From the NCBI RefSeq assembly GCF_009914755.1, contig NC_060935.1: a DNA stretch of 64,000 bases. One strand, written 5' to 3'. Shown in pieces: positions 1 through 13,699 of the stretch (its first letter is position 1; each line of letters begins with the position of its first letter). The position numbers were made by a program, and so were the translations under genes. The notes beneath the pieces were generated by a model. It was not told where the DNA came from. It made no database searches and saw nothing but the letters and a program-made list of their open reading frames with translations. This DNA comes from the human T2T-CHM13v2.0 reference genome, Homo sapiens.

Positions 1-270
1 AAGGAACTGGAATGCTCATACACCGCTGCTGGAAATATTAAACAGTATAGACACTTTGTCAGTTTCTTTAAAAGTTAAACATATCACACCACCTAGTCAT
101 TCAAATCCTGCGTATTTACCCAAGACAAATGAAAGCGTATGTCCAAACGGTTGGACAAACATTCATAGCAACTTTATTTGAAATAGCAAAAACAACTGGA
201 AGCAACCCAAATGTCCATCAAGAGGTGAAAAGATACACTAACTGTAGAATATCCATACAATAAAACTATC
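1..270 (+). mobile_element. Old L1M 3' fragment
   Basis: Degenerate ORF2-end motifs (ggaactggaatgctcatacac, aactggaagcaacccaaatgtccatca). Confidence 0.7.
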
Positions 271-459
271 TTTTTTTAACTACGGGGCAAAAAACAAAAA
301 ACCAAAGATAGAATCTAACTTCTTGGTAAATACCTTCACTATTAGGGTTTTTTATAACAGAGAATTCATTCTTTATTAATACTCTTGACTATGAAAATAT
401 TTTGACATCAGAAATCTGCAAAATATGAATAAACAAGCAAACAAAGGACACACAGCTTT

Positions 460-782
<323 letters not shown>

Positions 783-1637
783 AGGACACACAGCTTTAAA
801 AGCTCTCCTTGGTCTCACCCAGTGCCAACCAACTAAAACCTCTCATTTTCCCCCAGGCATTTCTTCTGCCTCCAGGATGGAGGTACAGAATCTTGGCCTT
901 GGGCCACGCACTGGGGACCATGCTGGGCTGCCGTGGTCAGCGACAGACTCAGGTTCTCACCAGGAGCCCCAGGATAAGCCCCTGAAAAAAAATGTTACCC
1001 ATCAGGGTGTGCTCCCTGATTCTTGTCTCTGCTGGAAGGAGGAAATCAAGCCAGGAACATTGTCAGGAGAGAGATGAAAATGGGGCTCAGGTTTCTGTCT
1101 CTTGTGATGTCAGACAAACCTTTCAGCTCCATCTCCTCAGCCCTCATGGAATTGTTCGGTGTGGACGCACTGAGATTCTGAACTGGGTCCCCTCTCCCTC
1201 TGCCTTTCTCTGGGGCCAGATCCTGAGCTCTCCAATCCAATTTTTCCCCCAATTTGACCTTGGATTTATGTATCTCAATTACTGTCTGCCTGTCCCAAAG
1301 AATAAAAGCTGTATCGCAGCAGGGACGTTGTTTAAAAAAATAATAATAACAGCTATATTTTTAGGATCCATGACACTGTCCAGCATATCGGTGGTATATG
1401 ATAAAAAAGTTTGTTGAATGAATGAACAAATATATTATTCACAATGTCACATTATCCTGAACTGACAAGAAAATTAAATATCTGATGTCAGTATTGGCAA
1501 CATTATGAAGTAAATATAATTCTGATACAGTACTGGTGAAAATCTAACAAGAGATGCTCATTTTAGAAAACATTTTCTTGTAGATTTGAAAATGTTTAAT
1601 CTCCATGAACTAGTTGTATATCTGCAAGTTGTGTATC

Positions 1638-2246
1638 TTTGGGTTAGGCATCTGCCCCCCACCAAAGACAGCCACATCCCAGTCTTCAGATAAGGTGAAC
1701 ATGCTACCTTATATGCTAAAAGGGGCTTTGCAGATGTGATTACCATTAAGGGCATTGAAATGGGGAAATTACCTTGAATTATCTTGGTGAGTCCAATCTA
1801 ATCTCATAATTCCTTGAGAGCAGAGAATATTTTCTGGATGCAGAGATTCAGACAGATGGCAGTATGAGAAAGATGTAGCCTGCTATTGCTGGCTTTTAAA
1901 ACAGTGGAAGGGGGCCACAAGCCAAGGAAAGCCAGTGACCTTTAGAAGCTGGGAATGACCCAAAGTTTACAACCAGGAAGAAACCGAGGATCTCAATCCT
2001 ACAACCACAAGGAACTGAATTCTGCCAACAACCCAGATTCTCTCTTAGAGCCTTCAGAAAGAAATGCAGCCTGCCAACATCTTGATGTTAGTTCAATGAG
2101 AGCCATACCAGATTTCTAACCAGAACAACTCTAAGATAATAAGTTTGTGTGTGTGTTTTAAAACAGGCTAACAGCTTACAAAAATGTGTTCTTTTAAGCC
2201 ACTAAGTTTGTAGTAAATTTTTATAGCAGGAATAGAAAACTGATAC
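1638..2246 (+). mobile_element. MLT1-type MaLR solo LTR
   Basis: ctttgcagatgtgatta, ccacaaggaactgaattctgccaacaacc, ttttaagccactaagtttg...aaactgataca terminus. Confidence 0.8.
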
Positions 2247-2251
2247 AACCC

Positions 2252-3141
2252 ATTCTAACTGGTGTGAGATGGTATCTCATTGTGGTTTTGATTTGCATTT
2301 CTCTGATGGCCAGTGATGATGAGCATTTTTTCATGTGTCTTTTGGCTGCATACATGTCTTCTTTTGAGAAGTGTCTGTTCATATCCTTCGCCCACTTGTT
2401 AATGGGGTTGTTTGCTTTTTTCTCGTAAATTTGTTTGAGTTCATTTTAGATTCTGGATATTAGCCCTTTGTCAGATGAGTAGATCATTAAAAAGTCAGGA
2501 AACAACAGGTGCTGGAGAGGATGTGGAGAAATAGGAACATTTTTACACAACCATTGTGGAAGTCAGTGTGGCAATTCTTCAGGGATCTAGAACTAGAAAT
2601 ACCATTTGACCCAGCCATCCCATTACTGGGTATATACCCAAAGGATTATAAATCATGCTGCTATAAAGACACATGCACACGTATGTTTATTGCGGCACTA
2701 TTCACAATAGTAAAGACTTGGAACCAACCCAAATGTCCAATAACGATAGACTGGATTAAGAAAATGTGGCATATATACACCATGGAATACTATGCTGCCA
2801 TAAAAAATGATGAATTCATGTCCTTTGTAGGGACATGGATGAAACTGGAAACCATCATTCTCAGCAAACTATCACAAGGACAAAAAACCAAACACCGCAC
2901 GTTCTCACTCATAGGTGGGAATTGAACAATGAGAACACATGGACACAGGAAGGGGAACATCACACGCTGGGGCCTGTTGTGGCATGGAGGGAGGAGGGAG
3001 GGATAGCATTAGGAGATATACCTAATGTGAAATGATGAGTTACTGGGTGCAGCACACCAACATGGTACATGTATACATATGTAAGAAACCTGCACGTTGT
3101 GCACATGTACCCTAAAACTTAAAGTATAATAATAAAAAAAA
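2252..3141 (+). mobile_element. 5'-truncated, 5'-inverted L1PA (twin priming)
   Basis: Minus-strand L1 2252-2484 joined to plus-strand ORF2 end/3'UTR/polyA 2482-3141; 18-nt TSD AGAAAACTGATACAACCC at 2234-2251 and 3142-3159. Confidence 0.92.
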
Positions 3142-3204
3142 AGAAAACTGATACAACCCTAGAGAAAGTCTTGTACATATGCCCTATAAACACACAACAG
3201 AATT

Positions 3205-4730
3205 TTTTTAATTTTTTTATTGAGATAAAAATGTATATATATATAATTTACCATCTGTACATTTTTAGAGGCCAGTTTAGTGGTGATAAATACATTTATG
3301 TTTGCTTTTCTTCATCTCCTCTTCCCACTCCCCTTGCTGGCCTCTAGCAACCACCAATTTACTTTCTATCTTCATGAGATCCACTTTTTCACCGCCCACA
3401 TATGAGTGACAACATGCGATATTTGCCTTTCTGTGCTTAGCTCATTCCATTTAACATAATGGCCTATGTTCATTACGTTAAGCGAAATGGCCAGCACCAC
3501 TTATGTTGCTGCAAATGACAGAATTTCATTCTTCTTTGTGTCTGAGTAGTAGTCCATGATGTATATATATTACTTTTAAAATCTGTTCGTTTGTTGATGA
3601 CCACTTATGTTGATTCCATATTTTGGCTATTGTGAATAGTGCTGCAATAAACATGGGCATGTAGAGATGTCTTTGATACATTGATTTCCTTTATTTTGGA
3701 TATATATCCAGTAGTGAAATTGCTGGACCACATGGTAGCTCTAGTTTTACTTTTTTGAGGAACCTCCATACAGTTCTCCATAGTGGCTTTATTAATGTAA
3801 ATTCCCACCAACAGTGTACTAGTGTTCCCCTTTCTCCACATCTTTGCCAGCATCTGTTATTGCCTGTCTTTTTGATACAAGCCATTTCAACCAACATGAG
3901 CTGATATTGCATTGTGGTTTTGATTTGCATTTGCTTGATGATTAGTGATATTGAACATTTTTTCATCTTCCTATTGGCCTTTTGAATGTCTTCTTTTGAG
4001 AAGTATCTGTTCAGATCTTTTGCCCATTTTTTTAAAAAATTGTATCTATTTATATATTTTTAACAATTTTTTTAGAAGCAAGGTCTTGCTGTGTCACCCA
4101 AGATAAAGGGCAGTGGCTTAATCATAGCTCACTGTAACCTCAAACTCCTGGGATTAAGAAATCCTCCTACCTCAGCCTCTTCAGTAGCCCATTTTTCAAT
4201 CAGATTTTTTGATTATTATTGAGTTGTTTGAGCTTTTTATATATTGCAGTTGTTACTCCTTTATCAGATGGATAGTTTGAAAATATTTTGTCCCATTCTG
4301 TGGTTGGCACTTCACTTTGTTGATTATTTCCTTTGCTTGAGGCTTTTTAGCTTGATATAATCCCATTGTCTATTTTTGCCTTTGTTGCCTGTGCTTCTGA
4401 GGTCTTACGCAAAAAAATCTGCCCGGACCAATGTCCTGGAGCATTTCTCCTATGCTTTCTTTTAGTAACTTCATAGTTTCAGGTCTTAGATTCAAGTCTT
4501 TAATCTATTTTTATTCGATTTGATTTTTGTATATGGTAAGAGGGGTTTAATTTTATCCTTCTTCATTTAGTTATTCAGTTTTCCCAGGATTATTTATTGA
4601 AAAGACTGTTCTTTGCCCAGTGTATGTTCTTGATGCCTTTGTCAGAGATGAGTTGTTTGTAAATGTGTAGATTTATGTCTGAGATCTCCATTCTGCTCCA
4701 TTGTCCTGTGTGTCTGTTTTTATGCCAGTA
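3205..4730 (-). mobile_element. L1MA/L1PB-type 3' portion with an Alu monomer at ~4065-4190
   Basis: Minus-strand ORF2 C-terminal peptide remnants ([17 protein letters not shown] in ORF 3691-3966) and L1 3'UTR. Confidence 0.85.
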
Positions 4731-5200
4731 GAAATATATTGGCAATAATTAGTACAGAAAAGCTGAAACAATGAAATGACAAAAGTGAATTATATTGATA
4801 TAATTCATTATGCTCACTAAATGCAATAGCATGCAGCTAGGAAAAACAATGTAGTGCACACAGTATTAAAATAAAACACAATTCAATATACACAGTGCTC
4901 ACAGTGGCCATCATTAGAGTGTTGAAGAAGGGGATGTAGTCAGCAAAAGTTGTACAGGTGACTTCAAAAGTAATCATAAGCACTTATGATTACTTTTGGC
5001 TTAATTTCTTAAACCAAGACTGGAGACACAAGTGTTCATTGTGTGCTTATTCTATATATATATTATAAATATTTTATAAATATATTGTTTCTATTCAGTA
5101 TTTAATAAAGTAAATCAATAGAAAAGGTTAAAAAGCAATGCATACATATTTCAAATATTTTTTTGCTCCAAATTATATAAGCATTGCATAGTTATTGCCC

Positions 5201-5385
5201 TGGGCCAGGTAAGGTGGCTCACACCTGTAATCCTAGCACTTTAGGAGGCTGAGGCAGGAAGAGAGCTTCAGCCCCAGAGGTCAAGGCTGCAGTGAGCCGT
5301 AATTGCACTACTGCACTCCAGCCTAGGTGACAGAGCAAGACGCTGTCTCAAGATAAAAATAAAAATAAGTTAATAAATAAATAAA
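5201..5385 (+). mobile_element. Alu monomer (FAM/FRAM-like)
   Basis: Single ~150-nt Alu unit with (TAAA)n tail. Confidence 0.8.
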
Positions 5386-8300
5386 TATATGTGTATATAT
5401 TAACTGATTTTATTAAGTATATATATAGTTAATATATATAACTATACATATATGTAGTTACTGTCTTGGTCTATAGTCAATCTTACAGTGCTTAAGACAT
5501 TGATACTGAGAACAGTTCTCCTAGGTATATGCTGTGTTTCTGGGGTGACATGATGCTCTCATCAGGCCTCTGTGAGCCTAATTCTATCTTACATTTACCC
5601 CACTCTTCAACAACAACTTGGGAAGGTGTCCCTAAATGTTCCTAGGTGAACCCAAACCTGTGGCCCTCAACACGTTTCTAGGTAAAGCAAGCTCCTGACA
5701 TATCTGTGGATATCCTCTCATTAGAAGAAGGGGGAAGAGACCATCTCAAAGAAATTCATTTAATATAGCTTTTCAGCATTAATTTTATTTTGACAAAGAG
5801 ACACAAAGTAAATAAAATTTCTAAAAAACTATAAACTTTCAAGCATTTTCACACTAAGTCTAGCCCTGCTCACATGCCAGGGAATTATAAAGGTGATCTG
5901 TTTCTCAACCTGACCAAGATGCTATAGTAATTAAAAATAAACTCAATCCCTGGATCTCTACCAAAGGGTCTTTTCATATGGATCAAAGTGTATCTACTCA
6001 TCACATTCTGGAAAAATTATTTGTCTGGAAATAGACAAATTATCCAAAATATAATAGAAATAACAGCCTCTGGAAAGGGCCAAATAAGACTCTTAATGAT
6101 ACAACAGCTAAATCTAGGTCTGATGCTTATTCTGTGTGGACAACAATAGCAGAGCTAATGGCTGATTTGTGGGAAGTAAACATTATGTTTGCAGAATCGT
6201 ACACGATTTCAGTAGAAGGGCAAGGAAATTTCAGTTGGGAACAGATTGCTCCATGGTAATGTGATCACTATGTACCCAACAATGGCTCTTTCTTCCTAGC
6301 GTCAATGCAGATGTTGTTTTATCCTTAACTGTTATCATTTCTGTTTCTAATCACATAAAAGTGTATCCGTTACATATCTGAAGTAAATTCATACTAGTGG
6401 TGTAACATCTCCAGCCATTTAAGTGTAAAAAGAGAAAACGTATGATGTGTTTACTCACTGTTTTATACTCTGTAACGCATGAAGATCCTTTTATTCATTG
6501 CCTGTACTTTTATTTTTAAACTTTCTGAAACACTTTATGTTATATCCAGCATAGAACTGAGTTTTCCTTTTTGATTTAATCTGACAATATTTTTTTCCTC
6601 TAATAAGAGAGTCAAGCCCACTTACTTTTATTGGTAAATTCTGTTTGGTTATATTTTGGTTACAGCATGTTATGCTATGATCTATATGCACGTATCTTCT
6701 TTTGCTGCCTTGTTTGTTTTTATTGATTTTGTTTTGATGTTGTGATATTTGGAAGAGTTAAATTTTTATTCTGATGGCTACCTTATGTAACTTCATAAAA
6801 TCATCTCTTTCTTTAGACAGTAGCTAATGTCTCTAAACTAAGAACAATGGTATTAACTCTTTCTTGTCTTCCCTATGTGATCTTTCATCTCCCAATTTGA
6901 TATAATAATATTAACTTTGTTTCCCCTGATGCCATTAAGTATGCCTACATTTCTATAAACAGTATCCTTTGACTCCCAGGCATTACAGACGAGCAGTCAG
7001 TAAAATCATTCTGCAGAATACCTTCTTTTTCCTTTTCTTCTATTTTTCTTAGTTGTATCATTTCTATATTGCCAGAGCACCTACAGTTGCATTTCTTTCT
7101 GTCAGCTTTATCCAGCATTTGTTTTTGTCTTTTATTTGAAGTTAAATATATTCCTTGCTCACTACGACACTGGGGAGAGGAAGGTTTTTGTTGTCATTGT
7201 TGTGCTTGTACAGTTGCTTATTTAAAAACATTGGCAAAAACAAACAAAAAATGTATGTAGATGGAATGGAGATAAGACAGAAAATGAGAGAGATTGATGA
7301 TGAGTGTGCTTATTCTAGACTGGGAGGGGTGCTGCACTGAGTAGTGTCTCAAGGCTGCAGGAAAGGATGGTTGATTGTGAGCAGGTGGAGTTTCCACTGA
7401 AGGAGAGAAGTCCTGCCTTCAACAACCTGTGCAGAACCAGGAACTGGTAATGGTTCAAATCAACTTACAGACCTGGAGGTAGAAATTTAAGAAAGCTCGT
7501 TTAGCACCTAGTTTCCTAGAAAATATTAGCTACTATTTGCTGAGCATCTGTCAGTCTGTCTGCAGCATGGAAGATCTGAGTACAGGGGAGACTGGATTAG
7601 TAACAGTGGGTCAGAAAATTATATAATATTCAACCAAAATTCCTGCTTTACATAGACGGCACCTGGTATTTCCAGAACTAGAAGGTAAAGAAATTATTTG
7701 TGCTTGAACTTGCAGAAAACTGCCTTTTCCCTTCTTCTCTTGCATCTTAACCTGGAGCTTCTCTTTTCTTGAGCCTCAGTGTCCTTCCCAACTCAATTTA
7801 TAATTGACTTCCTGCAGTTTCTCCTTAGGACAGGGCTTTGTTTTGGGGGTGGTTAATTTGTAGGGTTCATAGGATACAGACCACTCACAGCACTGCTTTT
7901 TGCCATCCTCACTCTCAGCTGTGAGTTGAGGCCCAGGAAGCCTTCTGCCAGCCTCAGCTGCTGTTCTCAGATTAATCTGCTAAGTTCTTTTTGCCTAGTA
8001 GGAATCTCTGAATTTAGGAACATAGATGTTAGCAATTGTATTTCTAGTTTTTCCAGTTCCCAGGGCCATTAAAGATTTTTTTCCTTTCCTTTCCTTCTTC
8101 CAAAACAGTTGGTGATTCCCCTGGGTCTCTGTGGTTTAACCTCACAAAAGGTTCATGATGACACCCTGTTACATTGTTTTGTCATAGTTAATACCTTGTT
8201 ATCCCAGTTGCTCAGTCAATTTTTGTGAGAGATTCAGGGATATTAATAAAACTGTGCTGCTGCTACTAGCATCTTGCATAAAAGCCCTATGAATTAAAAT

Positions 8301-8739
8301 GTTTATTTTACGTGTGATTTGAACTTGTAATTTTTATTCAAAGTTTTTCAACAGAGATCCAGAGAAGACCCTCTTTATATTTGTAGTTTTGTGCATTGCA
8401 ACACTTTTTAGTGAAAAAAAAAAAAACATGAGAACAACACAAGTGATTTTAAAAGAATAAACCTACAATCCATTAATTATAAAATGAAATACTGTGCAGG
8501 TGTTAAGAATGAGGGAATCAATAAGAACTTGTGTTGGGTAACTATAAACTCTTAAAAAATAAAGTATATGCTCATGTGACCATATTATCGTTTAAAAAAA
8601 TACAAGCATACTTGCACACACCTTCAAGCAAAATGGGTACATGCATTTAAAAATATTTAAATTAAGTAAATGGTCCAATAATTTAACTTTGTAAAATTCT
8701 ATGTTCTCTGATTATTTTATACACTAGAAACAGGCATTA

Positions 8740-9510
8740 CTGTTTTGTTTATTTCATTTGAAATAATTGTAGTCACATGAGGTTTAAGTTATAAGACAGA
8801 GAGGTCACATATGCCTATTTTCTAATTGGATACCTTATTTATTACTATTGAGTTTTGAGAATTCTTTACATATGCTAGATGTAAGCTCTTTGTCAGATAT
8901 ATAGTATGCAAATTATTTCTCCCAGTCTGTAATTCATGTTTTCAACCTCTTTACAGGATCTTTCTAAGTTAAAAAAAAAAAAAGGTGTTTATTTATTTTA
9001 ATGAAGTCCAGTTTTATCACTTTTTCCTTTTGTAGATTTTGTTTTTGATATCGAGCCTAAAAATTCTTTGCCTAGCCCAAGGTCTAAAGAGTTTTCTTCT
9101 ATTTTTAAAAGTTTAATGAATGAATGAATTTATTTATTTATTTATTTATTATTTTTGACACGAGGTTTCGCCCAAGCTGTAGTGCAGTGGTGCCATCATT
9201 GCTCACTGCAGCCACGAACTACTGGACTGAAGTGATCCTTCTGCCTCAGCCACTTGAGTAGTAGCTGAGATTACAGGCACGAGCTACCATACATGACTTA
9301 AAGTTTTATAATACTACATTTTACATTTAAGCCTGTGATTTATGTGAGCTAAATTTTATATAAAGTATAAATTTAGGTCAATCTTAGTTTTTGTATCTAT
9401 GAATGTCCAATTGCTCTAGCACCATTTGTTGAAAAAGGTATCCTTCCTTTAAACTGTTTTTGCATCCTTGTTAAAAAAAAATCAGTTGAATATTGTGTGG
9501 TCTGTCACCT
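8740..9510 (-). mobile_element. Old L1M fragments with nested Alu monomer (~9125-9300)
   Basis: Degenerate minus-strand L1 ORF2 motifs (tctttgcctagcccaaggtc, ccaattgctctagcaccatttgttgaaaa). Confidence 0.7.
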
Positions 9511-9914
9511 TTTAATAAGATAAAAACATTAACACTCACCAGATATCGAAGTTTAGAAACTTTTTTAAAGCTAAACTTCTGAAAATAGAATACAAAATAA
9601 AAAACATGTCAAATTAGTCAATTTGCATAAGACCAGTTCATTTAAATATATTAAAATACAAACTAATTCAAACCACTAAATTGATAATGCAAGACTATAA
9701 ATTTAAAGGCTAATTATTAAGTCAAACTGCTGAATTCTATGTGTTAGAGTGAGTTCAGAAAGATCCATTGTATTATTGAATAGGCAAAAGTTTTAATTTC
9801 AGAGGATGAAACTGACATATTACTGCCACCTTGTGGATATTCTGTTATTATAGGCTATTATAAAAAGCAATGAGGGTATGTAATCTGTTCTAACAAGAAA
9901 CATTTCCTTTTTTT

Positions 9915-10154
9915 GTCGTTTTTATTATTATTATCATTACATTTTAAGTTCTGAGATACATATACAGAACATGGAGGTTTGTTACATAGGTATACACGTG
10001 CCATGGTGGTTTACTGCACCCATCAACCCATCATCTACACTAGGCATTTCTCCTAATGCTATCACTCCCCCAGCCCCCCAGCCCCCCACCCCCTGACAGG
10101 CCCCGGTGTGTGATGTTCCCCTCCCTGTGTCCATGTGTTCTCATTGTTCAACTC
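9915..10154 (-). mobile_element. L1PA 3' end fragment
   Basis: gtttgttacataggtatacacgtgccatggtggttt...ctcattgttcaactc. Confidence 0.88.
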
Positions 10155-10236
10155 AAAAGAAAAAAAAAAGATGCATTTTCTGCTTTCCCAATTTTTTAAA
10201 TACAATGCAACTTTATGTTTAATTTAACTAATTTAA

Positions 10237-10529
10237 TTTTTTGAGACAAGGTCTAGCTCTGTTACCCAGGCTGGAGTGGAGTGGCATGAATATGGTTCAG
10301 TAACACCTCCACCTCCCTGGCTCAAGTGATCCTCCTTCCTCAGCCGCCTGAATAGCTAGGACCACAGGCATGCGCCACCATAGCCAGCTAATTTCTTTTT
10401 TCTTTTTTGTAGAGATGAGGTCTCACTTTGTTGTCCAAGCTGGTCTCAAACTACTGGGCTCAAAGGATCCTCCTGCCATGGCCTCCCAAAGTGCTTGGAT
10501 TTATGGGTGTGTGCCATAGCACCAGGCCT
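10237..10529 (-). mobile_element. AluJ-like element
   Basis: Diverged dimer with J-type ctcaagtgatcctcc motifs. Confidence 0.85.
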
Positions 10530-10769
10530 AAGCAACTTTAGAGAAGCCTTTTTTTCTTTCATAAAAACAGTTGTAGATATTTTCCTTATGGAATTTATTT
10601 GTGATAATATATTTTAATAGATGGTTTAATTTGTTAAATAATTTGTCTCAGATAATAATAATTAATTGATATTAAAACTACAAAACAAGCAGGGTCTTCT
10701 TTTTCTATGAAAAATGAAAGTTGATTCTGACATCTATGTAAACATTTTAAATATTCAAAGTATATAAAT

Positions 10770-13146
10770 GTGAAGTCCTATCAAGATTAATTAGACAAGA
10801 GAAAGAAATAAAGGGCATTCAGATTGGAAAGGAGGATGTCAAATTGTTCCTGTTTGCAGTTGACATGATCTTATATATAGGAAAACCTGAAGACTCTACC
10901 AGAAAACTTTTAGAACAAACAAATTCAGTGAAGTTGCAAGACACAAAACTAATACACAAAAATTGGTGGCATTTATATATATGAACAACAAACTAGCTGA
11001 AAAAGAAATCAAGATGGCAAACCTATTTACAATAGTTACCAAAAAAAACACCTAGACATAAATGTAACCAAGGAGGTAAAATGAAAACTACAAAACACTG
11101 ATGAAAGAAATTGAAGAAGATACAAATAAATGAAAAGTAAAAAGTAGAAAGTAGAACAGAGGATACTGCAGGCTGAAAAGGGTAGGGAGAAAGGAGGGAT
11201 AGTAAGAGATTTGTTAATGGATACAAAATTACAGCTAGGTAGGAGTAATAAGTTCCAGTGTTCTATAGCACTGTAGATGACATTCATGCTCATGGATCAG
11301 AAATACTAATGTTGTTAAAGTGACAGTACACTCAAAAGCAACCTACAGATTCAATGCAATCTCTATCAAAATACCAATGAATATTCTTCACAAAATTAAA
11401 AAAAAATCCAAAGAGATTGTATGGAAACAAAAGTATCCTGAATAGCCAAAGCAATCCTAAGCAAAAAGAACAAAGCTGGATGTATCATGCTACCAGACCT
11501 CAGAATATACTACAAAGCTGTAGTAACCAAAACATCATGGTACTGGCATAAAAACAGACACATAGACCTATGGAATAGAATAAAGAACACAGAAAATCCA
11601 CATATCTCAGCCAATTGATTTTTTACAAAGATGCCAAGAACACTCATTGGGGAAAGGATAGTCTCTTCAATAAATGGTGCTTGGAAAACTGGATATCCAA
11701 ATGCAGAAGGATGAAACTAGACCCCTGCCTCTCACCCTATACAAAAATCAACTCAAAGTATCTCAAATAACCAAATATAAGACCCAAAATGGTAAAGCTA
11801 CTAGAAGAAAACATAGGGGAGATCCTTCAGGACATTGCTCTGGGAAAAGATTTTATGAATAAGGCATCAAAAGCACAGGCAACAAAAGAAAAGTAAACAA
11901 ATGGGATCACATCAAGCTAAAAGGCTTCTGCACAGCAAAGGAAATAATGAAGTGAGTGAAAAGACAACCTACAGAATGGGAGAAAATATAAACTACTCAT
12001 CTGGCAGGAAATTAATATCAAGAATATACAAGGAATTCAAACATATCAACAGCAAAGAAACCCAACAATCTAATTAAATATAAGCAAATGCTCTGAACAG
12101 ACATTTCTCAAAAGAAGACATACAAATGACCAACAAATTTATGAAAAAATGTTCAACACCACTAATCAGCAGGGAAATGCTAATCAAAGCCACAATGAGG
12201 CATCATCTCATCCCAGTTAGGATGGCTATTATAGAAGAGACAAAAATAAACGCTGGCAAAGATGTGAAGAAAAGGGACTTTTTTTTTTGACAGTCTCATT
12301 CTCCGTCCAGGCTGGAGGGCAGTGGTGGTGTAACCTGGCTCCCTCTGCTTCTAGAGTTCAAATAGTTCTCCTGCCTCAGCCTCGTGAGTAGCTGGGGAAA
12401 AAGGAACTCTTATACACTGTTGGTAGGAATGTAAATTAGTGCAGCCAGTATGGAGAACAGTATTGAAATCCCTCAAGCAATCCCACTACTGGGAATTTAT
12501 CCAAAGGAAAGAAAAGCATTATATTGGAGAGACATCGGCATCCCCATGTTTATTGCAACAGTGTTCACAATAGCCAAGATATGGAATCAACCTAGGTTTC
12601 CAATAACAGATGAATGGATTTTAAAAATGTGGTATATATACACCAAGGAAGGCTATTTAGCCATAAAAAAAGAATAAATAAAATCCTGTCATTCTCAGCA
12701 ACATGGATGGAACTGGAGGATATTATGTTAAGCAAAATAAGCCAGGAATAGAAATTTCAACACCACGTGTTCTCACTCATGCAGAAGCTAAAAAAAAGTT
12801 GATCTCATAGAAGTAAAAAGTAGAACAGAGAATACTGCAGGCTGAAAAGTGTAGGGAGAAAGGAGGGATAGTAAGAGATTTGTTAACGGATACAAAATTA
12901 CAGTTAGGTAGGAGTAATAAGTTCTAGTGTTCTATAGTACTGTAGATGACTATAGTTAACAATACTATATTATGTAGTTTAAAATACCAAGGAGTAGTTT
13001 GAATGCTCCCGACACAAAGAAATAATAAATGTTTGAGATGATAGATATGCTAATTACCCTGATCTGATCACCATCTACATGTATTGAAACATCCCCATAT
13101 AGCAATGAATATGTATAATTTTTGTCAATTTAAAAAGTAAAAAAAA
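10770..13146 (+). mobile_element. L1MA-type 3' ~2.3 kb, with a self-derived insertion (11135-11281) and a truncated Alu (12279-12396, -)
   Basis: ORF2 RT/C-terminal remnants (ORF 12450-12677 [10 protein letters not shown]...), L1MA-type 3'UTR and A tail. Confidence 0.88.
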
Positions 13147-13268
13147 ATTAATCTTGAAGAATGCATTTGAAGAACTTGTACTCAAGAAATCAGCTTATTT
13201 TAAGAACTTGAGTCTCCTTGGAATTTGTGTTTTCTAGACCAGTACTTCTCCAAATTAAAGCAAATTTA

Positions 13269-13569
13269 GGCTGGGCATGGTGGCTCATGCCTATAATCTC
13301 AGCACTTTGGAAGGCCGAGGCCAGCAGCTCACTTGAGGTCAGGAGTTCAAGACCAGCTGACCCAACATTGTGAAACCCTGTCTCTACTAAAAATACAAAA
13401 ATTAGCCGGGCATGATGGCATGCGCCTGTAATCCCAGCTACTTTGTAGGCCGAGGCAGGATAATCGCTTAAACTGAAGAGATGGAAGTTGCAGTGAGCCA
13501 AGATTGAACACTGCACTCCAGCCTGGGCAACAGAGCAAGACTCTGTCTCAAAAAAAAAAAAAAAAAAAA
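13269..13569 (+). mobile_element. AluS element with TSD
   Basis: Full dimer; TSD AAAGCAAATTTA / AAAGCGAATTTA. Confidence 0.92.
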
Positions 13570-13699
13570 GCGAATTTAGTTCACTTTGGTATTGTGTCAA
13601 AATGTAGATTCTTTTAAAGTAAATCCAGAGAATTTAGATGTAGTTGAAGCTTGTAATCTGTTCTTAATTTTTTTTAATAAAAATAAAATATTTAGATTT

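Noticed and set aside
2509-2925. 138-aa ORF
   Set aside because: C-terminus of L1 ORF2 in a truncated element with an internal deletion; not a gene.
6150-6330. Possible Cys-containing small exon (defensin-like) on the minus strand
   Set aside because: Hand translation of the most plausible frame gave a stop and no six-Cys pattern.
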